From Candidatus Poribacteria bacterium (GTDB lineage: Bacteria; Poribacteria; WGA-4E; WGA-3G): a stretch of 64,000 nt of DNA. Shown piece by piece: positions 9,939 to 19,938 of this stretch. The translations under genes and the position numbers were made by a program. The stretch spans positions 1-64,000 of the forward strand of contig CAXXLX010000001.1 in assembly GCA_963665235.2 (NCBI GenBank). Reading direction: 5' to 3'. The number at the start of each line of letters is the position of its first letter. Position 1 is the first letter of the stretch. Under the pieces are notes generated by a model. It ran no database searches. It was given only the letters and a program-made list of their open reading frames with translations, and had not been told where the DNA came from.

Positions 9939-10907
9939 TTATAGCGGTGGATAGGATTTTCGCGTTTTCACAATCCGTTTCGGTCTTTTGGAACGTTCTA
10001 AAACGTCTCGGACGCGCTCGAGCTGTTCCTGGGTGTTTTTCAATTGTTCCCGGGCATTTTCCAGCTGTTTCTTAACGTTTTCCAGCTGTTTCGTAGCGTC
10101 TTTAAGCGGTTGTGAATTGAAATGTTGCTTTGCACGTTCAATTTGTGTTTTACTGCGTTCTAGTTGTACCTTGGCGTTTTCAACCTGTATCTTAACCTTT
10201 GCAACCTGTGCTGCAACCCGCCGCATCTTGGTGTGCTCTTTCACTAACTTATCAATATAAGCAGCTTTATAGGTATTCCAATTATCTGTCGCCGGAATGC
10301 CTAGAGGCACACTCTTACGCAGCTTCGGATTGTCTTCCAGGAAGGCGAGCGTATGCCGTTTTGACAGGTAGGAAGCATACTCATGGAAATTTTCTATCGT
10401 AATCCCTTTGTCCAAAAGGAGTTGAAGCCACTCCGCCCGTGGATACCGCGCCTCTATCTCCGTAGGTGTCAACTGACTGCTAGCCACTTCCCTATCAGCA
10501 CTATCAATCTTAGGTGGTAGGTTGACATCACCTGATGTTAGCAGATAGACCCCGGATGTTACATTACCGACTTTACGGAATACACGCACCACGGTTTTTG
10601 AATGATTGTTATTATAGGTATCATCAAATGCGGCCATCAATTTCTTTACGGTTTGCGGACCGGTATATTCTTTAGTGTCGGCCAGCGCGCCTTTCTTGAG
10701 GACTGTTATTTCAGCGAAACTGAGCCCTTGGGTGTCTGTTGATTCTAAGTTAGCTCGGTGCCCAAAAAGGGTGCCCACGCTGTTTCCTTCCAATACCAAT
10801 TGGCAATTGGAAAATACGATTTCCGAGTTGGCCCGGTGCCCAAAAAGGGTGCCTATCCCCAGAACTGTCAAAAGCAAAAACATTAGTATACCGATTGTAC
10901 GCTTCAT
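9939..10907 (-). CDS. Exported hypothetical protein with C-terminal coiled coil
   Basis: Signal-like N-terminus, GTLFGHRAN twice, heptad K/Q/L repeats; GGAG RBS. Confidence 0.7.
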   Translation of the reverse strand: MKRTIGILMFLLLTVLGIGTLFGHRANSEIVFSNCQLVLEGNSVGTLFGHRANLESTDTQGLSFAEITVLKKGALADTKEYTGPQTVKKLMAAFDDTYNNNHSKTVVRVFRKVGNVTSGVYLLTSGDVNLPPKIDSADREVASSQLTPTEIEARYPRAEWLQLLLDKGITIENFHEYASYLSKRHTLAFLEDNPKLRKSVPLGIPATDNWNTYKAAYIDKLVKEHTKMRRVAAQVAKVKIQVENAKVQLERSKTQIERAKQHFNSQPLKDATKQLENVKKQLENAREQLKNTQEQLERVRDVLERSKRPKRIVKTRKSYPPL

Positions 10908-11065
10908 GCTGTCTCCTCCGTTAGTTTATTGTTAAGCTATATACACACACTACTCAAAAAAGTTGCAGAAAAGTTTGGATTCTCTATCAATGCGGTAGAT
11001 TGGGGCTATTTAGTTTTTTGAGGAGCAGTTGCCCGAATACTGAGCAAGCAGCACGCGCCTTAATA

Positions 11066-11298
11066 TCGCGTGCACAGCACGCTCCTACACAAGTGTCGCG
11101 TGCACAGCACGCTCCTACACAAGTGTCGCGTGCACAGCACGCTCCTACACAAGTGTCGCGTGCACAGCACGCTCCTACACAAGTGTCGCGTGCACAGCAC
11201 GCTCCTACACAAGTGTCGCGTGCACAGCACGCTCCTACACAAGTGTCGCGTGCACAGCACGCTCCTACACAAGTGTCGCGTGCACAGCACGCTCCTAC
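11066..11298. repeat. Tandem array of ~7.8 x 30 bp of a GTAG-type REP (TGTAGGAGCGTGCTGTGCACGCGA on minus strand)
   Basis: Exact 30-nt period; isolated copies at 33549, 51993, 52040; variants near 61770 and 62018. Confidence 0.92.
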
Positions 11299-11353
11299 TG
11301 AAGAGAGAACAAAGCACGCTCCTACATATTCACTACGTTCAGCCTACGAGCTG

Positions 11354-12907
11354 CTAGTCCTTAGGGTCAATTAACGCTTTCACTTTTTGCAACAGACTCT
11401 CCGGTGCAGCATCTATAATAACATCCTTGACAATCAGCTCCTGCTCTAAAAGGATTGTTATCAATTCCGTTTCCGGTTTAGCACTGTCTGCATTCAGGAG
11501 TGTCTGTATCTGCTCGGTTTCACCAATCCAGATGGGCATTGATAGTTTGTATTTCTCCTTGAACGTCTTAATTGCCTTCGCGGTACCACCGATGCTAATG
11601 CCAACCACGTGCAATTGCTCACTGTCATAGTTTTCAAACCGCTTCTCTAGTTGCTGTAACTTCGGGCCACAGGTGGTAGACTCAGTTGAAAAGAGGTGCA
11701 TGAGGATAAACTTGCGACGAAGTGTGTTTAACTTAACAGGTTTTTTTGAAAGGGCGGTCAGCCCTATATCTGGCATCGGTTTGTCTAGCAGATGTGCCAA
11801 TTCCAATCCCTTCCAATTTGCAGTATTAGGGGCTTTCTCCGCTAACTGCTTGAGCATTGATTTTCCCTCTGGCGTTTCAAGAAATCCGTCACCAAATTGA
11901 GCCTCGAGTTGGGCCCGTAAGTTTTTCGAAGGGTCGATGTGCAGGGTAACGGCACTTTTCGCCCCCGGAGGCAGGTTTGCTGGGAGGGACGATTGCAGGG
12001 TAGAGGTTCGCATAATCTTCACTACGCTGCTGTTATAGATAGGTCTTTGCGGACCATTGCGATACAGTTTTCCGCTCATACTTAGATTGAGAAGGTGATG
12101 CTGACACCGAACAATAGGTATCATATCGCCTACATGTTTGAACAGCAGCTCTTGGTTCGCTTTTTCATCGGTACGAAACTCATACAGATAACTACAAGGT
12201 CCATTCGGATCGGATGCACCATCTGTTAAAACCCCAGGTTTGCCCTTCGTTGTATCCGCAGGACACAGTAGCACTTTTTTGTTGACATATTCAGGAGATA
12301 GTTCAGAGAGCCATTTCGGCTCATCTTTTCTCTCCTCTCGATATTTCTCAAGCCCCAATTTTATCTGTCTTAAATGTGTTCGGCAGATCTCAACCCCTTT
12401 TGCATTAGCGTCGGTCTGTTTTTCAGTAGGCGAGGCAAGCTCGTGGGGATAGGCATCTGCCAAAAGAAAACGATTCAGACGAACGAGGGCATCCCCGCTT
12501 TGCGGGTCTTGCGTCAAGCGTGCTTGCGTCTCTTTACTAAGTTCAATTTTATCAAAATTTTTCGCATCGTACAGCGAACCCGCTTGGAGCAGACGGTTTA
12601 AATCTGTCAGCAGTCCTTTCTGTAGTGGTAGTGTGGGTGTGCTTGCGCCATCATATTCTGCCAGTAGCCGTTGTGTTTCATCGGACAATTGCGTGGCGAT
12701 GGATTTTGATACCGCAGCGCGCGTATCCTGAAGTTTCACCGCAAAACTGCCCGGGTCTTTAAAGTCCTCCAAACGCAATACCCCTTCATTGGTGTCCGCG
12801 AGGGTAGAGAGGGTTAAGCTTATGGTAAGCGATAACGTCACAAATAGAAACATCCGAGCACGCAACTTGGCATCACAATTCTGTAAACTTAATACTGTTT
12901 GTAGCAC
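11354..12907 (-). CDS. Exported protein with a pseudopilin-like central segment and a C-terminal redoxin/TlpA-like domain
   Basis: Signal-like N-terminus; C..HLRQIKLGLEKY..P.WLSEL.PEY..LLCPAD; MPDIGLT..L..LRRKFILMHLF..TTC (CxxC incomplete). Confidence 0.6.
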   Translation of the reverse strand: MLQTVLSLQNCDAKLRARMFLFVTLSLTISLTLSTLADTNEGVLRLEDFKDPGSFAVKLQDTRAAVSKSIATQLSDETQRLLAEYDGASTPTLPLQKGLLTDLNRLLQAGSLYDAKNFDKIELSKETQARLTQDPQSGDALVRLNRFLLADAYPHELASPTEKQTDANAKGVEICRTHLRQIKLGLEKYREERKDEPKWLSELSPEYVNKKVLLCPADTTKGKPGVLTDGASDPNGPCSYLYEFRTDEKANQELLFKHVGDMIPIVRCQHHLLNLSMSGKLYRNGPQRPIYNSSVVKIMRTSTLQSSLPANLPPGAKSAVTLHIDPSKNLRAQLEAQFGDGFLETPEGKSMLKQLAEKAPNTANWKGLELAHLLDKPMPDIGLTALSKKPVKLNTLRRKFILMHLFSTESTTCGPKLQQLEKRFENYDSEQLHVVGISIGGTAKAIKTFKEKYKLSMPIWIGETEQIQTLLNADSAKPETELITILLEQELIVKDVIIDAAPESLLQKVKALIDPKD

Positions 12908-13166
12908 CTTTAAAATCTCCTTATGTGTGTCTAATCTGGAATTATGTCAATCGGTTATACACCAGCTATCCTGAAAAAGTTCCAAAAATAGGTATAAATT
13001 TAAGGAGATAGGGTTGTTTGTGAGGAGGGTTAAGGCAATTCATTGCCCATCTATTTATGTTGGTAGTAGGGCAATTTATTGCCCGTCGAAAAGAACGGGT
13101 GATAAATCACCCTACTACGAACGCCAAAAAATCACGCGTAAACTGCTAGTACAGTACAGAATGTGC

Positions 13167-15851
13167 CTACTGCTTTTCCAATAGAAGTTTCAGAACTTTT
13201 TCTCTACCGGCCTTGACCTCTGCCTCGTCAGCCTTGAGCTGCAAGAGCCCGATGACGAACTGTGTCAACGACCAGTCTACTTGGGTTACAGCTATCGGAG
13301 TACTGCCATCGTTATTTTGTGCGTTGATATCCGCGCCCTTTTCAATGAGCAGCTTCGCCACTTCAAGGTGTCCGAGGAAAGCTGCGGCATGTAAGGGTGT
13401 CGCGCCATCTTTATTTCGTGCGTTGACATCCGCGCCTCTTTCAATGAGTAATTTCGCAGCTTCCGTTTTGCCGGTGAGTGCTGCCCAGGCTAAAGGACTA
13501 ATTCCAGATTGCGGTTCGAGCGCGTTTATCTTTTTGCCCTCATCCAATGCCTTTTTGATAGCAGTTAGGTCGCCTGTGGCAGCTGCCTTCCATAAGTTTT
13601 GTGATTGCGTGCTGTTATTGGCATGTTCAGAGAGCAGTTTCACAACTTGGAGGCGTCCCGCTTCAACCTTTGCTTTGTCCACCTCGATTTGCAAAATACC
13701 GAGTATAAATTGTGTGGTCCCCCAGTCGAGCTGTGCAACATCCATCGGAGCACTGCCATCATTATTCCGAATGTTCGGATCGGCACCGTGTTTTAGAAGG
13801 ACTTTAACGGTTTCAGCACGGCCGAGGAACGCTGCGGCGAGTATTGCGGTCGTGCCATCTCTATTTTGTCCATTAACATCTGCGCCCTTTTTGAGCAGTA
13901 GCGTCACAATATCCGTGTGCCCCATCAGGGCAACCCCGGTCAAAAGCACGTCCCCAGATTCCGGGTGTCTTGCATTCACATCCATTCCATCAGCTAACGC
14001 CTTCTCAACAGCTTTGATGTTACCGCTGTATGCGGCTTCCCACGCTCGTTCCATACCCCGCCATTTTGACAACTCACCGCGCTCGACACCGAGCATTTCA
14101 GCGATTTTGTTTCTACCCGCTTCAACCTGTTTCTGTTCCAACTTAATGCCAAACATCCCTATCACAAATTTTGTCATCTCCCAGGGGGCCCACAATCCGC
14201 TTGCGGGGAGATTACCGTCACGGTTTTTGGCGTTGACATTCGCGCCGTTTTTGATGAGGAGCTCCGTTATCTCAGCGCGGCCTAAAAATACAGCAACATG
14301 CAACGGCGTTCCGCCATCCTCGTGCCTCACGTTGACATTCGCGCCGCGCTGTAGTAGCAACGCCGCCGCCTTTGGCTGTCCCATCAGGGTTGCCCATGTC
14401 AATGGAGACATCTGGGTCTCCGGTGAGAGTTCATTGATATCCGCCCCTTCGGCGAGGTAACGCTTGATCTCCTCAAGGTCGCCAGTCAGCGCGGCACCCC
14501 ACAAGTTGTCCTTCGGCAATTCGATAAACTGTCTCATCGCTTTACCATCGAACCCCTCAGGCCCGATTACGAATGGGCGGTGAGGTCTTTTTTTCCAAAT
14601 CGGCATTCCATCATCAATCTCGGTTAAGATTTCACCTTTGCGTGTACGGATGAAATTACGCGTCCGCTCCAGCATCCCCGCAAAATCGCGCGGTGTTTGT
14701 CTCCGCCGGTCCCGTCCTCCCCCAAAGAACTGTTGGGCGGGTATCATGTGCGGCCGGATCATCGCGTCAATCCTGTTCACTTCGGCCAGCAGTTGTGCCT
14801 CATCCCAATTGTTTTCAAGCAGGGCCATCATTGTTTTTCGGTACCGCTCGCGTCCTGACTCGAGTTGATAGAGCCTGTATGCGATGAATCCCTGTGTTTT
14901 AACCGATACTGGGGTCCGCGGGTCTCTACGAAAATCTATTTCACTATGTTTTACGAACAGCGAATCGGCACCCCACGGTAAAAAGTGAAACTTATCCGTT
15001 TCTGGGTTGAGATAGATAAAGAAGTTGTTGTTATTGCCGGAGTAGCCATCCCAGAAACCGAGCAGTCCTTCCACTGCCCAAAACGGATAGAAGCTATCTA
15101 AATCAACATGTTCACCGATAGCCTCCTCTGTCACCTGTTCATCTGCAAGAACGTCAATCAAGATTTTTATTTTTTCTCTACCGCGTGTATCGTTGCCTCT
15201 TTTGTGTTCAAAGCTGTTCTCCCACGCCTCGTAAAAATCAACGACGGTGCCTTCATAGAATGGCCCCTTGTTATTTCCGAAGGCGCGTTTTAGTATCGGT
15301 TTGCGCATACTCTCTACGTGGGAATAAATTCCCAAGTTTCTGCCGTTCACTGTCACCTTTGCATACGCACACCGGGGCGCAGTGGAGCCAACCGCATTGA
15401 ATAGGGCGTACCCCATAAATTGACTGACCTGACTCACATCCTGCTGGTTGTTATTGAACGTCAAGTTTGTCATCCCCTCAATTTCCGCGTCTTTGTCAAC
15501 ATGATTCAATCTGATTTTGAGGGAGGGACGCATGCTGTTTTGCGAACCGATAAATCCCTTTTTGCGGATTCCCACTTTCGGAAACACTACCCCATCAATA
15601 CTGACACTCGCTTCAACGTAGGTATACGGATGGTCAGGTGGCTTAAATTGTCGTGATGCGTTCAGAACTTCAGCAAAATGCCGAGTCTGATGCCGAATGG
15701 TATCCCAATCCTTTTGTGCAACGGTAATCTGTACATCTAAAACCCGGTCGGTTGGAAAAACATCCTCTAATGTAAGTTCCCGCGCATTGCTGCTGTGAAT
15801 GGCAGCCCCTAAACAGAGGAATGCTACCATAAACCCTATACACTGTTTCAT
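13167..15851 (-). CDS. CotH kinase-family domain fused to ankyrin repeats, signal peptide
   Basis: VGIRKKG, RPSLKIRL, WDGYSGNNNNFFIY, FHFLPWGAD; many GxTPLHxAAxxG ankyrin repeats; start MKQCIGF with GGAG RBS. Confidence 0.85.
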   Translation of the reverse strand: MKQCIGFMVAFLCLGAAIHSSNARELTLEDVFPTDRVLDVQITVAQKDWDTIRHQTRHFAEVLNASRQFKPPDHPYTYVEASVSIDGVVFPKVGIRKKGFIGSQNSMRPSLKIRLNHVDKDAEIEGMTNLTFNNNQQDVSQVSQFMGYALFNAVGSTAPRCAYAKVTVNGRNLGIYSHVESMRKPILKRAFGNNKGPFYEGTVVDFYEAWENSFEHKRGNDTRGREKIKILIDVLADEQVTEEAIGEHVDLDSFYPFWAVEGLLGFWDGYSGNNNNFFIYLNPETDKFHFLPWGADSLFVKHSEIDFRRDPRTPVSVKTQGFIAYRLYQLESGRERYRKTMMALLENNWDEAQLLAEVNRIDAMIRPHMIPAQQFFGGGRDRRRQTPRDFAGMLERTRNFIRTRKGEILTEIDDGMPIWKKRPHRPFVIGPEGFDGKAMRQFIELPKDNLWGAALTGDLEEIKRYLAEGADINELSPETQMSPLTWATLMGQPKAAALLLQRGANVNVRHEDGGTPLHVAVFLGRAEITELLIKNGANVNAKNRDGNLPASGLWAPWEMTKFVIGMFGIKLEQKQVEAGRNKIAEMLGVERGELSKWRGMERAWEAAYSGNIKAVEKALADGMDVNARHPESGDVLLTGVALMGHTDIVTLLLKKGADVNGQNRDGTTAILAAAFLGRAETVKVLLKHGADPNIRNNDGSAPMDVAQLDWGTTQFILGILQIEVDKAKVEAGRLQVVKLLSEHANNSTQSQNLWKAAATGDLTAIKKALDEGKKINALEPQSGISPLAWAALTGKTEAAKLLIERGADVNARNKDGATPLHAAAFLGHLEVAKLLIEKGADINAQNNDGSTPIAVTQVDWSLTQFVIGLLQLKADEAEVKAGREKVLKLLLEKQ

Positions 15852-16026
15852 TTTTACACTTCTCCTTAAATTGTCCATTGTAATGTTTGTGGCCGGTTTG
15901 AACGAAGCGAAACTCGACAAATCCACTACCATTTTAACACATTTTCAAAATTTCTGCTTGATAAATTTTCAAGACACGTGCTATAATAGCGTGACAATCA
16001 TAGTCGTAAGGAGAAAAAACATCCCA

Positions 16027-19000
16027 ATGTCAAAACCTTCACATATCCGAGACAACAATATGTACGGCACTGTTGCCGATTTTTTGCGAGATAAGCTCCA
16101 AGACGGTGCCTCCCTCTCTTTTGTCTCCGCCTACTTTACAATTAATGCCTTCAATGCACTTAGGGATTCACTGACTGGCATTGATAACCTGCGTTTTCTT
16201 TTTGGTCAACCCGATGTTGTCAACGGAATGGATCCCTCAAAAACAGAGAGCAAAGCGTTCCGTCTCACTGAGGAAGGGTTAGACCTGCGTACTGAACTTT
16301 CCCAAAGCGAAATTGCCAAAGCGTGTGCTGAGTGGATTGAACAAAAGGTGAAAATTCGCTCTGTCCATAAATCCAATTTTCTGCACGGTAAGATGTATTA
16401 TATCGAAAAGGATGGCGGTGAGGATGCAATCGTCGGCAGTTCCAACTTTACCGTGCGTGGCTTGGGGTTAAGCGAGAAAGCAAGCAACATCGAACTTAAC
16501 CTTGAAGTTGATAGCAAGAACGATTGCGCTGACCTTAAAAAGTGGTTTGATAGCCTCTGGGAATCGGATGAGGTGGTGGATGTCACTGATGAGGTCTTGC
16601 GAAATTTAGAGAATGCCTATTTTGACACAGACCCGGAATTCATCTACTACAAAACCCTCTATCACGTTTTTGAAGAATTCTTGGAGGGTGCAACTGATAC
16701 AGAGTTTGCCGAAGCAAATCCCAAATTTCAGGAAACAGAAATCTGGAAAAAACTCTACGCTTTTCAAAAGCACGGGGTTCAGGCGTGCATCCAGAAATTG
16801 AAGGAATACAACGGGTGTATTATCGCTGATAGCGTCGGATTAGGCAAAACTTTCGAGGCACTTGCAATTATCAAATACTTTGAATTACGAAACGCTAATG
16901 TGTTGGTGCTATGCCCCAAAAAGTTAGAGCAGAATTGGCTGCTTTATCCGACACACTATCGCAGGAAACGCAATCCACTGAAAGCAGATCGGTTCCGTTA
17001 CAACGTGCTAGCACACACGGATCTGAGTCGAGACAAGGGGGAATCCAACGGTATTGACTTGGCACAGCACGAATGGGATGGATACGACCTTATCGTCATT
17101 GATGAATCTCACAATTTCCGAAACCGTGGTGTCCGTTACGATAAATTGATGGAAGATGTTATCCAAAGCGGCGGCAAAACCCAAGTGCTTATGCTCTCTG
17201 CCACCCCGGTCAACAATCGCCTTACTGACCTTGCGAATCAGATCTGTTTAATCACTGAAGATAGAGACGACGCTTTTAGTAAGACTGGGATTCCAAGCAT
17301 TAGAGGGACGCTTAACGCAGCACAAAGTCGGTTTGATACGTGGACAGAAGAAGAAACCGAACAACCTTCTGGAGAACGCAAGCAGAAACCTGAAAACCTC
17401 GCTGAAAGCTTGAACGCAGACTTTTTTAACCTCTTGGATCGGCTCACTATTGCCCGCTCCCGAACGCATATTGTAAATTTCTATGAAAATACCGAGGAGG
17501 AGATCGGTCGGTTTCCGGAGCGTGTGCCCCCCAAATCCATCTTCCCTGACATTGACCGAGAGGGAAAATTTCCCCCCTATCAAACGATTAGCCACCAAAT
17601 CGAGGGTTACAAACTCGCGCGTTTTATTCCATCAAATTATATCCGTGAAGAATGCCGCCATCATTATGGCGAGGGACTCCTCCGGCAACGCGAGTCCAAC
17701 CTTATCGGTATGATGAAGGTTAACTTCCTCAAACGACTTGAAAGCAGTGTCTACTCCTTCGCAACTACCCTAGACCGCACTATTGAAAACATCAAAAAAC
17801 GTGAATCTGAAATTGAAGACTTTTTAAATGGGGAAGCTGAAAAAGGAGCTGGTTTCGATCCGTTGGCTGAAGCTGAAGAGGAATACGGTGATAATCAAGA
17901 TGAAGACCTGCAAGCTGGCATAGAAGCAGGAAAAGACCAGTTCTATCATTACGAACACCTCGACCTTGACGCTTGGCTTACTGATCTTCGAGACGATAGG
18001 GTGCAATTGGATAAAATTTACAGAATCGCGAACAACATTACACCCGAGCGCGATGCTAAATTGGAGCGACTCAAGCAGCTAATTGCCACCAAAGTGCAGA
18101 ACCCTACAAAAAACCGATGTGGAAAAGAGAATCGCAAAGTCCTTATCTTTACCGCCTTCGCCGATACCGCCAATTACCTTTACGATAATCTCCACGAATG
18201 GGCAATCGAGACGCTTGATATCCAATCCGCTGTCGTTACGGGCAGTGCAAACAGAACATCTTTGGGCAGAAACGATTTCAACGAGATTTTGACCAATTTC
18301 TCACCACTCTCTAAGTACCGGGAAGATATGGCAACGGATAGAGAAAATCGCGAGCCCGAAATCGAACTTCTGATTGCCACCGATTGTATCTCCGAGGGAC
18401 AAAACCTACAGGATTGCGATTATCTTGTCAATTACGACATCCACTGGAACCCTGTCCGTATTATTCAACGGTTTGGACGAATTGATAGGATTGGCAGCAA
18501 AAACGAGGAGATCCATCTCGTTAACTTCTGGCCCACACCTGAACTTGATGAATATATCAATCTCAAACCGCGCGTTGAGGCACGCATGGCACTCGTTAGT
18601 CTCACTGCTACCGGCGACGATGATCTGCTTTCTCTGAAGGACGAAGAAGAGAGCAGCATGAAACACGTCTGGACGCATCGCGATGAACAACTCCGCCGAA
18701 TGCAAACCGAAATCCTTGATTTTGAAGATATTGAGGAGCAGTTGAATCTCAATCAATTCACGCTTGACGATTTTCGGGCGCAACTCCTCAACTATCTACG
18801 TGCCAATGAAGCTGCACTGAGAAATGCTCCACTCGGATTATATGCTGTTACCGCACCCTTTACACATGATGGCATGCCTGTCAATATTAAGCCCGGGGTT
18901 ATCTTCTGTTTAAAGCAGGTTGTTGCCGAAACAGAGGGTACGGAGAAGCAGAAACTCAACCCAATTCAGCCTTACTATCTCGTCTATATCGATAATGCAG

Positions 19001-19308
19001 GCGAGGTTTCTATCGGATTCACAAATCCGAAACGGATTCTAGAACGTCTTAGCGCGCTCTGTATCGGAAAAACCGCCTCAAATCAGGCACTGTGTCACTG
19101 GTTTAACACAGAAACCGAAAATGGCGAGGATATGACGCTCTATGAGATGTTAATTGAGGCTGTGCTGAATTCAATTCGTGCGGAATACAATCGGAAAGTC
19201 AACGATCAGCTTGACGCAAGTGCTGATGCGCTGCTTCCATCTGCTGATAGTCAGATTACAGAGAAAACTGAATGGGAACTCGTTACCTGGCTCATAATTC
19301 AGCCTTAA
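16027..19308 (+). CDS. PLD-nuclease / SNF2-type helicase associated with type IIG-like R-M loci
   Basis: LHGKMY..D..GSSNFT (HKD), ADSVGLGKT, DESHNFR, SATP, SEGQNLQ, WNPVRIIQRFGRIDRIG; start moved to ATG 16027 (AGGAG upstream). Confidence 0.9.
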   Translation: MSKPSHIRDNNMYGTVADFLRDKLQDGASLSFVSAYFTINAFNALRDSLTGIDNLRFLFGQPDVVNGMDPSKTESKAFRLTEEGLDLRTELSQSEIAKACAEWIEQKVKIRSVHKSNFLHGKMYYIEKDGGEDAIVGSSNFTVRGLGLSEKASNIELNLEVDSKNDCADLKKWFDSLWESDEVVDVTDEVLRNLENAYFDTDPEFIYYKTLYHVFEEFLEGATDTEFAEANPKFQETEIWKKLYAFQKHGVQACIQKLKEYNGCIIADSVGLGKTFEALAIIKYFELRNANVLVLCPKKLEQNWLLYPTHYRRKRNPLKADRFRYNVLAHTDLSRDKGESNGIDLAQHEWDGYDLIVIDESHNFRNRGVRYDKLMEDVIQSGGKTQVLMLSATPVNNRLTDLANQICLITEDRDDAFSKTGIPSIRGTLNAAQSRFDTWTEEETEQPSGERKQKPENLAESLNADFFNLLDRLTIARSRTHIVNFYENTEEEIGRFPERVPPKSIFPDIDREGKFPPYQTISHQIEGYKLARFIPSNYIREECRHHYGEGLLRQRESNLIGMMKVNFLKRLESSVYSFATTLDRTIENIKKRESEIEDFLNGEAEKGAGFDPLAEAEEEYGDNQDEDLQAGIEAGKDQFYHYEHLDLDAWLTDLRDDRVQLDKIYRIANNITPERDAKLERLKQLIATKVQNPTKNRCGKENRKVLIFTAFADTANYLYDNLHEWAIETLDIQSAVVTGSANRTSLGRNDFNEILTNFSPLSKYREDMATDRENREPEIELLIATDCISEGQNLQDCDYLVNYDIHWNPVRIIQRFGRIDRIGSKNEEIHLVNFWPTPELDEYINLKPRVEARMALVSLTATGDDDLLSLKDEEESSMKHVWTHRDEQLRRMQTEILDFEDIEEQLNLNQFTLDDFRAQLLNYLRANEAALRNAPLGLYAVTAPFTHDGMPVNIKPGVIFCLKQVVAETEGTEKQKLNPIQPYYLVYIDNAGEVSIGFTNPKRILERLSALCIGKTASNQALCHWFNTETENGEDMTLYEMLIEAVLNSIRAEYNRKVNDQLDASADALLPSADSQITEKTEWELVTWLIIQP

Positions 19309-19334
19309 AGTGAATGGGAGCTCTCGATTTTTTC

Positions 19335-19363
19335 TTGACAATTAAAAGGTTACCCTTTACAAT
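19335..19363 (+). promoter_or_regulatory. sigma70-like promoter P1
   Basis: TTGACA-17-TACAAT. Confidence 0.6.
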
Positions 19364-19402
19364 AGGTATGGCATGAACTCATAGATTTTAGTGAAATTTA
19401 AT

Positions 19403-19431
19403 TTGCATTACTTAATATGATATGGTATAAT
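19403..19431 (+). promoter_or_regulatory. sigma70-like promoter P2, 9 nt upstream of the ancestral HD start / omegaRNA guide
   Basis: TTGCAT-17-TATAAT with extended -10 TG. Confidence 0.7.
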
Positions 19432-19461
19432 TAACCTATTATGACAGAACGACCGCATGAA

Positions 19462-19740
19462 GTCAATAACCCCCAGCTAAAGCATGGGGGAAACCTGTCC
19501 CTGATGCCCGCCAAGGCTATTACAGGGACGAGGGTAACTTGTTGACTACAGTAATATATCGCAGAGGCTGGACATGGCAGTCCAAAGTATGGTTATCTAA
19601 AAAGGTGGGTCGTCTGTGGTTGGACGATTTCACTGAAGGATGCTCCCCAAGTCTTAACCCACTACGCTTATGTGATCTGGATGGGGAAACCACATATACC
19701 CGCGTAAGCGGAGAACCCGAAAGGGTCCTTACCTGTTTTT
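19462..19740 (+). ncRNA. omegaRNA/HEARO-like structured RNA (3' end approximate)
   Basis: GTCAATAA (19462) pairs with TTGTTGAC (19539); GGATGCTCCCCAAGTC (19638) can pseudoknot with TGGGGA (19682); GNRA hairpins CCGC-GTAA-GCGG and ACCC-GAAA-GGGT. Confidence 0.72.
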
Positions 19741-19938
19741 TCAAAGAGACCGTGTCAGGTCAAGTAAACAGAAAGTGCGAGTTCTGTTGAACGAAGCAGC
19801 ACACTCGGAGAGGAACGCCTACGGGAAACCTGTGGCGAAAAAACAACCCGACTCCCCCTTTGGGGGAAATATAGAACGAATGGGAGCGGTGTTTCCTCCC
19901 CCGCATAAATGCTGGGGGTCTTCACACCGAATATTTTG
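19462..19938 (+). mobile_element. Non-autonomous IS200/IS605 (IscB-type) element without a protein ORF
   Basis: Begins GTCAATAACCCCCAGCTAAAGCATGGGGG; ends CCCCCGCATAAATGCTGGGGG..TATTTTG followed by ATGA; removal restores an in-frame HD start. Confidence 0.8.

Noticed and set aside
11066-11298. CRISPR array or repeat-protein ORFs (11000-11374 etc.)
   Set aside because: No unique spacers and no cas genes; the ORFs are by-products of a stop-free 30-bp REP repeat.
13213-14460. 415-aa plus-strand ORF
   Set aside because: Antisense shadow of the ankyrin repeats.
15799-16026. N-terminal extensions of the helicase and CotH ORFs
   Set aside because: They overlap head-to-head; better RBS-supported starts are at 16027 and 15851.
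19462-19938. IStron / group I intron
   Set aside because: It ends in G and its length is a multiple of 3, but the 5' exon ends in A rather than U and no canonical P7 core could be identified; kept only as an RT-PCR test.
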